Assembly (NCBI GenBank): GCA_026014875.1
Contig: JAOZHO010000037.1
Location: 359,819-423,818, forward strand
DNA length: 64,000 nucleotides
Source of the DNA: Candidatus Bathyarchaeota archaeon
GTDB lineage: Archaea; Thermoproteota; Bathyarchaeia; TCS64
Direction: 5' to 3'
This document shows, piece by piece, positions 28,489 through 36,740 of this stretch (position 1 is its first letter; every line of letters begins with the position of its first letter). The position numbers and the translations under genes were made by a program. Below the pieces are notes generated by a model that searched no databases, had not been told where the DNA came from, and was given only the letters and a program-made list of their open reading frames with translations.

Positions 28489-29400
28489 TTACGAATCCCC
28501 CAGAATCTTCTCGATGAACCATGACGCCTCGAAGGGTTGGAGGTCCCCGTACTCCTGGCCGACCCCGACGTAGATGATGGGCTTCCCGGTGAGGTAGGCG
28601 ACGCTGAGGCTGCTCCCCCCCTTCGCGTCCGCATCCACCTTGGTGAGGATCGCGGCGTCGAAGCCGATGTGCTCGTTGAAGCTCTGGGCCTGATCCACGG
28701 CGTCGTTCCCGATGAGGCTGTCCAGAACCATCACCGTAAAGTCGGGCTGGACCACCCTCTTGATCTTCTGAAGCTCGTCCATGAGGTTCCTGTTGGTCTG
28801 CATCCGACCCGCCGTGTCGATGAGGACGGCGTCGACCCCCTGGGCCCTAGCGTGCTGCACGGCGTCATAGCTCACCGCCGCTGCGTCACTCCCATACCTG
28901 TGCTTGATGACCCTCACCCCGAGGCGCCTCGCGTGCTCCTCGAGCTGCTCGATGGCCCCCGCCCGGTAGGTGTCCCCGGAGGCGAGGACGACTGTGAAAC
29001 CGTTATCCAGGAGTCGACGGGTGACCTTAGCGATTGTGGTGGTCTTCCCCGTCCCGTTTATCCCCACGAACATCGCGACGAAGGGCTCCCCCGAAGATTT
29101 CTTGGCCGAAACGAGGTCGACGATGTCCTTCCGGTCCTCAGAGGCCATTACGGACTCGATGCTCTCCCTGAAGGCTTCCCTGATGGCTTTGGACTTGTCC
29201 CCGAAACGGGGGAGAGACGTGCCGATCAGGCGACTCTGGAACTCCTCGGAGATCTTCGCCGCCACCTCGACGGCGACGTCGTTGCCGATGAGCTGGAGCT
29301 GAAGGTCCCACAGGACAGGCTCTAGGTCCTTCTCGGATAATGCGCTCTGGGAGATCTTGTCGACTACGCCCTTGAGGCCCTCGCGGAGCTTCTCAAACAC
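28489..29400 (-). CDS. ftsY: SRP receptor FtsY
   Basis: GINGTGKTTT, DTYRAGAIEQL, DTAGR, TKVDADAKGG. Confidence 0.97.
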   Translation of the reverse strand: MFEKLREGLKGVVDKISQSALSEKDLEPVLWDLQLQLIGNDVAVEVAAKISEEFQSRLIGTSLPRFGDKSKAIREAFRESIESVMASEDRKDIVDLVSAKKSSGEPFVAMFVGINGTGKTTTIAKVTRRLLDNGFTVVLASGDTYRAGAIEQLEEHARRLGVRVIKHRYGSDAAAVSYDAVQHARAQGVDAVLIDTAGRMQTNRNLMDELQKIKRVVQPDFTVMVLDSLIGNDAVDQAQSFNEHIGFDAAILTKVDADAKGGSSLSVAYLTGKPIIYVGVGQEYGDLQPFEASWFIEKILGDS

Positions 29401-29836
29401 CGGGCTCCACCCCTTGGAGGCTGGCTCTCAGCCTGTTGAGGGCGTCCCTGTGGATCTCCATCTGGCCCAGGATCTGCTGGAGCTGCTCCTGCACGGATTG
29501 GCTCGCCTTATCCACCTCCTCGAGCCTGTTCGAGAGGTCCTGATCCGCCTCGTCGAGCCCCATCTCGATGGAGACGTCGGCCCCGACGTTGACCAGAATG
29601 TTGCTGAGGTCGCCCAGGCGGGCGTTCACGAACGTCCCTCCGCCGGTTGGGACAAGGATGGGGTCTCCCTCCTCGACATCCTTGAGGGATTCGACGGATT
29701 TTTTTGCGACCCCAAGGTCTCCTGCGGCGTTCTGGAGAACCCCGAGCCTCTGCTGCAGCGTCTCGGCGCTGCCCTGCATCATCTGGAGCTCGTAGGCAAA
29801 CTTGCGGAACTGCTCCTCCCGGCTCGGCGCGGCCAA
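29393..29836 (-). CDS. pfdA: Prefoldin alpha subunit
   Basis: Coiled coils flanking ILVPTGGGTFV...LVNVGADVSIE; conserved position before ftsY. Confidence 0.93.
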   Translation of the reverse strand: MAAPSREEQFRKFAYELQMMQGSAETLQQRLGVLQNAAGDLGVAKKSVESLKDVEEGDPILVPTGGGTFVNARLGDLSNILVNVGADVSIEMGLDEADQDLSNRLEEVDKASQSVQEQLQQILGQMEIHRDALNRLRASLQGVEPGV

Positions 29837-29838
29837 GG

Positions 29839-30048
29839 CTAAGCCCCCTCTTTGGGGACGACTTCCTCGATGGAGTCGATCTTGACCTGGAAACGCTTCG
29901 CCCTGTGGCGGCTTCCCATCTCGGCGTATATCTTCTCGAGGGCGTGGGCCTCCTTGGCGGCGGCTATCTCCTTGTTGAACGTGAAGGGCTCGTATAGGCC
30001 GGGCTTGTCGATGCGACCGGAGACTCGGAAGACCTTGGTCTCGCTCAT
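29839..30048 (-). CDS. rplX: 50S ribosomal protein eL20 (LX/L18a)
   Basis: FNKEI...ALEKIYAEMGSRHRAKR..I. Confidence 0.92.
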   Translation of the reverse strand: MSETKVFRVSGRIDKPGLYEPFTFNKEIAAAKEAHALEKIYAEMGSRHRAKRFQVKIDSIEEVVPKEGA

Positions 30049-30332
30049 TCCTCTTCCTCCTCTTCCGCTTCTGTCTCTGCCTCGGCTAGAGTGACCGTGA
30101 CGGTGCCCTCGTCGTCCTTGGAGAGCCTCACCCGGATCTTCCGGGGAGGCTTCCTGATGCCCCGGGCCCAGATGGCCTCGTTGACGGTGGTGTCGATGAT
30201 GACCGCCTCGGGCTTCATGTGGCGCTGGACGAACTTCCTCAGGATGGTTATCGCCTTCTCTGCCCTCCTGTACTTGGGGACGGCCAAAGCCTTTCCGAGG
30301 GGGACGGTGTAGATTCTCTCCTTAGCTGACAA
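30045..30332 (-). CDS. rpl31e: 50S ribosomal protein eL31
   Basis: ERIYTVPL, RAEKAI, NEAIWARGIRKPPRKIRV. Confidence 0.96.
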   Translation of the reverse strand: MSAKERIYTVPLGKALAVPKYRRAEKAITILRKFVQRHMKPEAVIIDTTVNEAIWARGIRKPPRKIRVRLSKDDEGTVTVTLAEAETEAEEEEEE

Positions 30333-30344
30333 ACAGTTTTCCTC

Positions 30345-30503
30345 CTATGCCCTGAGCTTGGTGCGCCGCCAGTTCCGTCTGCTCTTGGGGCTGAAACGGA
30401 CTTTACCCCGAGTCTTGGCTATAATCCACGCTGGCACCGACTTGTTCTGCCTACCTGCCTTGTTGAGGCGGAGCTTGTAGGCCAGCGTTTTGTTTCTCGC
30501 CAT
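30345..30503 (-). CDS. rpl39e: 50S ribosomal protein eL39
   Basis: Manual translation [52 protein letters not shown]. Confidence 0.95.
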   Translation of the reverse strand: MARNKTLAYKLRLNKAGRQNKSVPAWIIAKTRGKVRFSPKSRRNWRRTKLRA

Positions 30504-30507
30504 TCAT

Positions 30508-30846
30508 CTATCTCCTTGTGATCTTGATATCCCTCTTGCTCTGCTGCGCCTGAAGCTGGGTCAGCAGGCGCTTCAGCGTCTCGTCGTCGATGGGGAGCCT
30601 CGTCCTCCCGCTCTGGGCGACCTGGAGCAGTTGAAGCTCGAGTTGAGCCCCAAAGTCCGGGCGGACCATCCTGACCCGGGCGAGCCTCTGGCGGGCCTCG
30701 GGGGAGAGGATCTGCCGGAGCAGGGCATCCTTCTTGGTCTCGGCCTCCTGCTGAGCCCGCTGGACGTGATCCTGTTGCTGCTGCTGAGCCTGGATCTCCA
30801 GCATTCTCTGCTGCCTGATCCTCTCCAGTTCCTCGTCTGAAGACAC
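30508..30846 (-). CDS. PDCD5/TFAR19-related DNA-binding protein
   Basis: DEELERIRQQR, LRQILSPEARQRL..VRMVRP, IDDETLK. Confidence 0.93.
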   Translation of the reverse strand: MSSDEELERIRQQRMLEIQAQQQQQDHVQRAQQEAETKKDALLRQILSPEARQRLARVRMVRPDFGAQLELQLLQVAQSGRTRLPIDDETLKRLLTQLQAQQSKRDIKITRR

Positions 30847-30856
30847 CGGTCTCTCC

Positions 30857-31312
30857 TCAATACTTTTTGAGATCGGGGTTGTCCCTGTCCATCTCCCGCT
30901 TTATCTGGCCGGACATCGCGTCGAGGAGGCTCCTCCCCTTCGCGCTCACGACTCTGCCCTTGATACCGTCTTTCTGGGCGAGGCCTGCGGTCTCCATCTG
31001 CTGGAGGAGGGTCCTGATGATGTTGCCTCCTGCCTTCTTGAAGTGGGCGGGCCTTACGCCGTTGCGTTTCCTGCCGCCGTAGGCCTTCCTGAGATGGGAG
31101 ACGCCTATGGGGCCCTTGGTGTAGAGCTTCCTCAGCATGGAGGCGGCCCTGACGTACCACCAGTCCGGGTCCAGTGGGGCCCGCTCGACGTGGGGACCGG
31201 TCTTAACGTAGGAGGCCCACTCCGGGGGAGTGAACTCCTTGATGTTGTCCTTCATGTAATCGGAGAGCCGAGAGATGAGGGCGTCCGCTGGCACGTCGTA
31301 GGCGGTAGTCAT
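30857..31312 (-). CDS. rps19e: 30S ribosomal protein eS19
   Basis: PEWASYVKTG..ERAP..PDWWYVRAAS, YGGRKRNG. Confidence 0.97.
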   Translation of the reverse strand: MTTAYDVPADALISRLSDYMKDNIKEFTPPEWASYVKTGPHVERAPLDPDWWYVRAASMLRKLYTKGPIGVSHLRKAYGGRKRNGVRPAHFKKAGGNIIRTLLQQMETAGLAQKDGIKGRVVSAKGRSLLDAMSGQIKREMDRDNPDLKKY

Positions 31313-31476
31313 ATTTCCATCACTTTTCTAACGCATTCAATTGGGTGGGGGACCGACATATATATCTAGTTGTTTCCCCCGGTTCGACAGTTCTATCCAA
31401 GGAGAGAAGATAAAAAGGTTACGCGATTACCATGAGCCTCCCGTACAAGGGGGCTCCGAGATCAGGGATCTAAGCA

Positions 31477-31635
31477 TTATATCTGCTGGAAGGCGGTCTT
31501 CTCCGCCCCGCACACGGGGCATACCCAGCCGTCCGGGAGCTCCTCGAAAGGCGTCCCCGCCGCGATGCCCCCCTCAGGGTCCCCCTCTTCCGGGTCGTAG
31601 ACGTAACCGCAGACAGTGCACATCCATTTAGCCAT
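31477..31635 (-). CDS. Rubredoxin
   Basis: Manual translation [52 protein letters not shown]. Confidence 0.95.
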   Translation of the reverse strand: MAKWMCTVCGYVYDPEEGDPEGGIAAGTPFEELPDGWVCPVCGAEKTAFQQI

Positions 31636-31690
31636 GTTTGACTCATTCTCCATGCTAGTATTTAGTGTTAATCGCTCCAGATGACTAGCG

Positions 31691-32155
31691 TCAAGCCCAG
31701 AGGCCGGGGACGTCCCCGAACGCCGCGTCCCACCAGTCCTCCTCCGTCACGGTCTCCCCCCTGACCAGGAGCTCCTCGACCCGCTTCAGGACCTTGTGGT
31801 GGCGCCTCTCGTCCTCGATGATCGCGTTGAGGATGAACGAGACCTTCTCGTTCTCCACCCCGGGGATCATCTCCTCTAGCCTCGCGATGACCCTCTCCTC
31901 CATAGCGATGTGCCTCGCCACGAGAGCCCTCTGCACATCGAGCTGCCCCTCGTCCAGGGCGGGGCGGGACTCGGAAAGAAGTTCACCGGCGGACCTGTAC
32001 ATCTCGGCGTGCTTCAGGGAATCGTAGCTGATCCCCCTGAGGACGCTTCTCACTGCGAAGTTCTTCAGATCCCCCACCGCCAACTCCACGGACCTGACTA
32101 TCTCCTCCTCTGCATCCACCATGCCCTTGAGGAAGTTCACCAACTCTTCAGACAT
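31691..32155 (-). CDS. Ferritin-like/rubrerythrin-domain protein
   Basis: E..E, DSLKH, HIAME, DERRHH di-iron-type ligand pattern; next to rubredoxin. Confidence 0.75.
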   Translation of the reverse strand: MSEELVNFLKGMVDAEEEIVRSVELAVGDLKNFAVRSVLRGISYDSLKHAEMYRSAGELLSESRPALDEGQLDVQRALVARHIAMEERVIARLEEMIPGVENEKVSFILNAIIEDERRHHKVLKRVEELLVRGETVTEEDWWDAAFGDVPGLWA

Positions 32156-32291
32156 CTGAGACCACATGAAAGAGACCGCACAATACGTCTTAAACGTTCA
32201 TAAAAAGGGCTGAAAGTAAAGGACTCTCGCTTGCGCGCGCCGGGAGGGGCACTGGAAACCCTTTATTCGGAATGGAACAACTCAGACCGAG

Positions 32292-33053
32292 ATGACGGGC
32301 GACTCCAACATTGAGACAGTGCGCAGAGACTTGGAAGCCGAGGCCTCGATGCACGGGCTGAAATCGGTCCTCGGAGTCGCCCCATTCAGGGAAGTCCATG
32401 ATGGGCTTCTCCCGGTACAGAGGACGAAGCTCAGGGAAATCGCTGGGGAGCGATTCGACTCATTCATGGAGGGGGGCTCCTTCATCAGCATCGCCTTCGC
32501 CTACCCGGAGGAGGCTATCGACGCCATCGCCGTGGAGATTGGAGGGGGATTCGATCTGGATACTTGGAGATTTTATTCTGACTGGTATGACCGCCTCAAC
32601 CAAGCCCTCAACGAAACCTCCTCGGCCATGGCGGAAAGGATAGGGGGGATATCGATCCCCGCCACGGCAGCTGGGATCGCCACCAAGATAGAGCACGTGG
32701 AGGAATATTATCCCCTCGTGGTGTCCCACAGGGTGGCTGCGGAGCTTTCGGGGGTGGGCTGGAGGGGGAAGAACGGACTGATCGTGAACCCGAGATACAG
32801 CTGCGCCATCAGGTTGGCATCCATCATCACGGACATGCCCCTCGAGAGGACGGAGCCGCTCCAAGACGGCTGCGAGGGCTGCACGGCCTGCCTCGATGCC
32901 TGCCCGTTTCTCGCTAACAAGGATAGGCTCGAGAACTACAGGGAGCAGTGCCGCAGGTATATTGTGTCTCTGGGCCTCGAACACGAGGTCTGCGGAAAGT
33001 GCATCAAGGCCTGCTACAGGGAGAGCGCCCACGGGGACGCCTTCAGGCTGTGA
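32292..33053 (+). CDS. Epoxyqueuosine reductase/reductive dehalogenase-like Fe-S protein
   Basis: SHRVAAELSGVGWRGKNGLIVNPRY...RLASIITD, CxxCxxCxxxCP and CGKCIKAC. Confidence 0.8.
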   Translation: MTGDSNIETVRRDLEAEASMHGLKSVLGVAPFREVHDGLLPVQRTKLREIAGERFDSFMEGGSFISIAFAYPEEAIDAIAVEIGGGFDLDTWRFYSDWYDRLNQALNETSSAMAERIGGISIPATAAGIATKIEHVEEYYPLVVSHRVAAELSGVGWRGKNGLIVNPRYSCAIRLASIITDMPLERTEPLQDGCEGCTACLDACPFLANKDRLENYREQCRRYIVSLGLEHEVCGKCIKACYRESAHGDAFRL

Positions 33054-33055
33054 GG

Positions 33056-33349
33056 CTAGGGCTTGGCGTATAGCTCGATGAAGTTGCAGAGGCTACACCT
33101 GTAGCCGGCAATCCTCATCTTCTTGACCTCGTCCCTCTTGAAGATGAGCCCCTTCTTCTCCCCTGTCCTCTCCTCCCACATGGGCGCGGTTGTGAAAGTC
33201 TCGATCCCAGGGGGGAGACCCTGATGCATGAACCCTGGGGTCATCGGATCCATAGGGGGAACGTTCATCTTCTCGACGGGTACGGAGATCCATCCTTGCA
33301 CCATGCTTCCGCCGCACTTTGGGCAAACCTTCGGCTGAACTTCGCTCAA
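33056..33349 (-). CDS. Small Zn-ribbon protein
   Basis: CPKCGGSMVQG ... YRCSLCNFIELYA. Confidence 0.75.
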   Translation of the reverse strand: MSEVQPKVCPKCGGSMVQGWISVPVEKMNVPPMDPMTPGFMHQGLPPGIETFTTAPMWEERTGEKKGLIFKRDEVKKMRIAGYRCSLCNFIELYAKP

Positions 33350-34231
33350 TCATGACACCTCTAGATATCCTTTGGATAGCTTAGCCACCACAGTATATAG
33401 GGGATCCACTATCTGGGCTATTCTCGCTTTGCCTGCGATGCTCAGGAACATGTATGCGTCGTCCCTTTCCCAGCCGTGGTCGGCGACCATCCACTCCACC
33501 ATCTCCCTGAAGGCGTGTCGGGCGGCGTCCTCAAGGGGCCGGGCGCTCCCCACGGTCATTATCTCGTCGGGGGCCTCGATCCGGGGCCAGTTGATGGTCC
33601 ATCCCTTCCTGAGCCCGAACTTGAGGGTGACTAGGGCGTCCACCTCTACGGCCACTCCGCAGACCTCACCGTCCCCCTGGACGGCGTGGACGTCCCCGAG
33701 TTTGAAGAGGGCGCCGGGCCTCGTCACCGGGAGCAAGAGCTTGTTGCCGGGCCGGATGTCGGGGCAGTCCATGTTCCCTCCGTGGCGTCCCGGGGTGAGG
33801 CTCGAGACGGCCTCGACCTCTGGGGCCACCCCTATGGTCCCGATGAAGGGGTCCGCTTCCAGCTCCAGTTTCTTGCCGTCGTCCCTCACGTATGTGATTA
33901 TGCCATTCTCGATCTCGCAGACCTTCCGTCTGGGCTCCATGAGGTTGAGCCATCCCTCCAGGGCCCCGAAGCCCGGGATGATGGCCACGGTCCCTTCACC
34001 GGGGAGCTCTATGTCGATGACCTCCACCACCAAGGTGTCTCCCGGCTCCGCCCCCTCGACGTACAGGGGCCCGGTAGTCGGGTTGGTGATTCTGGCGAGG
34101 GCGCTCCATGTCTCGATCTCCACGGTCTCCCCCGGCTTCACGTTCGCGATGGGGGGAGTGCGGGGATCGAGGACGGAGTCGAGGAGCGCATCGAGTTCCT
34201 CCTCGGGCTTCTTCTTAATCCTCCTCGTCAT
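33350..34231 (-). CDS. Acetamidase/formamidase family protein
   Basis: TGPLYVEGAEPGDTL, GGNMD, GDVHAVQGDGEVCG.AVE. Confidence 0.92.
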   Translation of the reverse strand: MTRRIKKKPEEELDALLDSVLDPRTPPIANVKPGETVEIETWSALARITNPTTGPLYVEGAEPGDTLVVEVIDIELPGEGTVAIIPGFGALEGWLNLMEPRRKVCEIENGIITYVRDDGKKLELEADPFIGTIGVAPEVEAVSSLTPGRHGGNMDCPDIRPGNKLLLPVTRPGALFKLGDVHAVQGDGEVCGVAVEVDALVTLKFGLRKGWTINWPRIEAPDEIMTVGSARPLEDAARHAFREMVEWMVADHGWERDDAYMFLSIAGKARIAQIVDPLYTVVAKLSKGYLEVS

Positions 34232-34373
34232 TAGATTGACCTACTCCTGTTCTAGGGTAAAGACATTAAAACACTTCCCCGAGGAGCGAGCCGAATAGTA
34301 AAGAATAAAAGGCGGTTCCATGCTCAGTTGTTTACGGTCCGTTGGACCAGTGCATAAGGTAAAGGTGAAAGAA

Positions 34374-34673
34374 TTGGAATACATGTACGCTGCGATGCTG
34401 CTTCACAGCGCCGGAAAGAATGTCGAGGAGACATCTATCGGCAACATTCTAAATGCTGCGGGGATCTCACCTGACGCCGTCAGGGTAAAAGCCCTCGTTG
34501 CCGCCCTCGCAGAGGTCGACATCGATGAGGCCCTCAAGGCCCCCGTGCTCACTGCCGCCGCTGCTCCCGCCACTACCGCCCCTGTGCAGGAGGAAGAGGA
34601 GCAGCCCAAGGAGGAGGAGAAGGAAGAGGAAGAAGAGGACCTCCAGGGCCTCAGCGCCCTCTTCGGGGCTTAG
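34374..34673 (+). CDS. rpl12: 50S ribosomal stalk protein P1/aL12
   Basis: TTG start (MEYMYAAMLLH), Ala hinge, acidic tail, GLSALFG. Confidence 0.95.
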   Translation: MEYMYAAMLLHSAGKNVEETSIGNILNAAGISPDAVRVKALVAALAEVDIDEALKAPVLTAAAAPATTAPVQEEEEQPKEEEKEEEEEDLQGLSALFGA

Positions 34674-34814
34674 ACTCTCTCCCAACTTTCTTCTAGATCG
34701 AGCCCTTAAACTAGTTTTAAGGAACCATACCCAGATGCTACCGGATAGTCTACATCTCGTCCATTCACCTAAGCTGCCTTTGACGGGCACACAATCTCGA
34801 CTAAGGTGATTTGA

Positions 34815-36581
34815 TTGATTAGTTCTAACAAGCTGAAAAAATTGTTCTTGGCGTTTTTCCAGAAAAATGGACATAAGTTTATCGTGAATGCGTCTCTTAT
34901 GCCGGAGAACGACTCCACCGCGTTATTCATCTCGGCCGGGATGCATCCGCTTGTACCCTATCTACTGGGTCAGCAGCATCCAAGTGGGAGAAAACTGGTA
35001 AACGTACAGAAATGCCTCAGAACCAGCGACATCGATGAAGTGGGGGACAGTTTCCACCTGAGCTTTTTTGAGATGCTGGGGAACTGGTCTCTCGGAGACT
35101 ATTTCAAGGAAGAATCAATACCGTGGAGCTACGAGTTCCTCACAAGCAAAGAATGGCTAAACATCGATGAAGAAAAGCTGAGCGTCACGGTCTTCGCCGG
35201 GGACGAGAAAATACCCAGGGACGCGGAAAGCGCGAGAATATGGGAAGGACTCGGAATCCCAAAGGATAGAATATTCTATCTGCCTAGAGAGGATAACTGG
35301 TGGGGACCCATAGGCAGCACGGGGCCGTGTGGACCCGACACGGAGATTTTCTATGACACGGGCAAGGAGCCGTGCGGAAGCGAGTGTAAGCCCGGCTGCT
35401 CCTGCGGAAAATACAACGAGATATGGAACAACGTCTTCATGGAGTACAATAGAACCCCGGACGGAGAGTATGAGCTGCTTGAACAGAAGAACGTCGACAC
35501 CGGGATGGGAGTCGAGCGGACGGTCGCAGTCTTACAGGGAAAGGATAACGTCTACGAGATCGAAATATTCGCTCCCCTGGTTAATGGAATAAAAGAACTA
35601 TCTGGCATAGAGGTTATCTCTGAAGATCAGATTAGAAGCGTTAGAATAATTTGTGATCATTCTCGTGCGGCTACTTTCCTTCTGGCCGAGGGAATAGTTC
35701 CCTTGAACGTGGAGCAAGGATACGTTTTAAGGAGGGTCATCAGGGGAGCCATCAGACACGGAAAACTGCTAGGCATAGAAAAAGAGTTCCTGAGCGTACT
35801 GTCTCAGATCATAATAGAGACATATGTTGAAGATTACCCTCACCTAAAGTCGAACGAAGACTTTATCGTAACCGAGTTTGAAAAAGAGTATAAGAAGTTT
35901 AACAACACGCTGGCTAGGGGTCTAAACAGATTCAACAGGATAGCCAGAAACAAGGAGAAAATCGACGGCAAAGACGCCTTCCTCCTCTACCAGAGCTTCG
36001 GCTTCCCAATAGAGATAACAAAGGAACTGGGGAAGGAGAACGATATCTTCGTCGACGTAGACGGCTTTCATGAAGAGTTCGAGAAACATCAGAAAGTGTC
36101 CAGAGCTGGCGCCGACAAAAGGTTCGGCAGCGGCTTAGCCGACAAGTCTGAGGCGACGGTGAAACTGCACACCGCGACACACCTACTCAACGAGGCGTTG
36201 AGACGCGTCCTGGGGAAGGATATCACCCAGAAGGGTTCAAACATAACACAGAAGCGTCTAAGGTTTGACTTCAATTTCGACAGGAAGCTAACTGCTCAAG
36301 AGAAAAAGGATGTAGAGGCGATAGTAAATGGGACGATTAACGAGGCTCTCCCCGTCAAGAGAATCGAGACCACGTTAGACGAAGCAATAAGGATGGGAAG
36401 CCAGGCAGCGTTCGAGCAGAAATACGGGGAGAAGGTCTCCGTATACTCCATCGGCGATTTCTCGACGGAGCTGTGCAGTGGTCCACACGTGGAGAACACC
36501 GGCGAGCTTGGACGATTTAAGATAATAAAGGAAGAAGGGATTTCCGCAGGCGTGCGGAGGATAAGAGCAGTTCTAGAATGA
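34815..36581 (+). CDS. alaS: Alanine--tRNA ligase, short form without C-Ala domain
   Basis: LFISAGM, QKCLRT, FEMLGNWS.GDYFK, GPCGPDTEI, DTGMG, editing motifs HTATHLL and ELCSGPH; 588 aa. Confidence 0.95.
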   Translation: MISSNKLKKLFLAFFQKNGHKFIVNASLMPENDSTALFISAGMHPLVPYLLGQQHPSGRKLVNVQKCLRTSDIDEVGDSFHLSFFEMLGNWSLGDYFKEESIPWSYEFLTSKEWLNIDEEKLSVTVFAGDEKIPRDAESARIWEGLGIPKDRIFYLPREDNWWGPIGSTGPCGPDTEIFYDTGKEPCGSECKPGCSCGKYNEIWNNVFMEYNRTPDGEYELLEQKNVDTGMGVERTVAVLQGKDNVYEIEIFAPLVNGIKELSGIEVISEDQIRSVRIICDHSRAATFLLAEGIVPLNVEQGYVLRRVIRGAIRHGKLLGIEKEFLSVLSQIIIETYVEDYPHLKSNEDFIVTEFEKEYKKFNNTLARGLNRFNRIARNKEKIDGKDAFLLYQSFGFPIEITKELGKENDIFVDVDGFHEEFEKHQKVSRAGADKRFGSGLADKSEATVKLHTATHLLNEALRRVLGKDITQKGSNITQKRLRFDFNFDRKLTAQEKKDVEAIVNGTINEALPVKRIETTLDEAIRMGSQAAFEQKYGEKVSVYSIGDFSTELCSGPHVENTGELGRFKIIKEEGISAGVRRIRAVLE

Positions 36582-36740
36582 TCGAGCCCCCACATTCACC
36601 ACATTATTCAAAATAAAAAGGTCATAGAAGCTCTACTGGCTCAGTTCGGCTGAAACGGGTACGCAACTGTTTTTACACATAACCTTTATTCCACTCTCCA
36701 TCGAGGAATAACCGCATAGCCAGCAAGGATAGTTGGAAAC

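Noticed and set aside
36579-36653. Selenocysteine/read-through extension of alaS
   Set aside because: The protein ends at the usual end of the editing domain, no SECIS-like evidence was seen, and a short open frame can arise by chance.
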